This document shows positions 63,355 to 64,000 of a DNA stretch of 64,000 bases, piece after piece. The notes beneath the pieces are model-generated. The model was not told where the DNA came from, searched no databases, and saw nothing but the letters and a program-made list of their open reading frames with translations. Made by a program: the position numbers and the translations under genes. The DNA lies in assembly GCF_001447785.1 (NCBI RefSeq), contig NW_015159764.1:1-64000 (forward strand), in the 5' to 3' direction. The DNA comes from Gekko japonicus. Taxonomy: Eukaryota. Numbering within the stretch: position 1 is the stretch's first letter; every line of letters starts with the position of its first letter.

Positions 63355-64000
63355 GTGTCTATAGAATCTGGTGTCTTCCTTATCATACATTTCTTTGCAT
63401 TTGGTAATTTGTTTCTATTTCATTATTTCTGCCTCAACACTTCAGCCCAATTATTCTTTGTGTATGTGATAGGTAGGTGAGGAAACAATGGGAATGAGAG
63501 AAGAAAGTGGAGGTTTAACAGTAGGTTTGGGCAACTTCTTTGTGTAAAGGGAAAATGAAAGTTCCGCCACCCCCCTTTTCAGTGGTGCCTTTCTTGCCTA
63601 TGCTGAGAAAAAAGTGCATCATGGATATAAGGCAGGTAGACTTTAGTTCACCCAAACACAGACAAGGCACTGGTCTACAACATCTGTACTCTAACTTTGT
63701 AGAATATGTTGGTAGTATTATACTAAAGTTATAGATGAGGGACTGAGAAATAGTGGCTTGCACTTCTAAATGGAGGTTTGAATCAGGAATTTGCTGGCTC
63801 ATAACGACCATTCTCAACCAGGTATGCAAAGGTAGAACAATACAACTTGTTCCAAGCTCTGACCCTGTCCCTGACTGCCAACCCTTAGTCAGCTGATGGG
63901 CTGAGCTGTGACTGCTCTAGTACAAAGGGAGGGTCCTGGCAGCAGCTGTGATGTCCATCATGACCCAGAAAGAGAAAGGCAGAACCACCCAACATGGTGG

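Overview
Eukaryotic vertebrate genomic DNA with two assembly gaps. The repeat content points to a squamate, probably a gecko: CORE/tRNA SINEs of Squam3 type, 5S-derived SINEs, CR1, L2, L1, Dong/R4 and RTE-X-like LINE relics, and many hAT MITEs with 8-bp TSDs. No complete protein-coding gene can be supported, and most ORF-track entries are spurious or decayed TE fragments. A CpG-island promoter sits at ~28.8-29.9 kb. It probably drives a + strand gene whose next exon may be the strongly defined acceptor exon at 60133-60215 (ATG GAG ACC GAG). It also contains an antisense ORF resembling a signal peptide. The most notable features are two TSD-flanked fold-back insertions with Penelope-like architecture and hammerhead-ribozyme motifs (63.1-63.4 kb, clear; 13.9-14.2 kb, variant and incomplete). 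Also notable are a local templated insertion inside a 5S-SINE, a solo LTR with a 6-bp TSD, and several nested TE chronologies. Repeat-family names come from motif recognition, not database searches.
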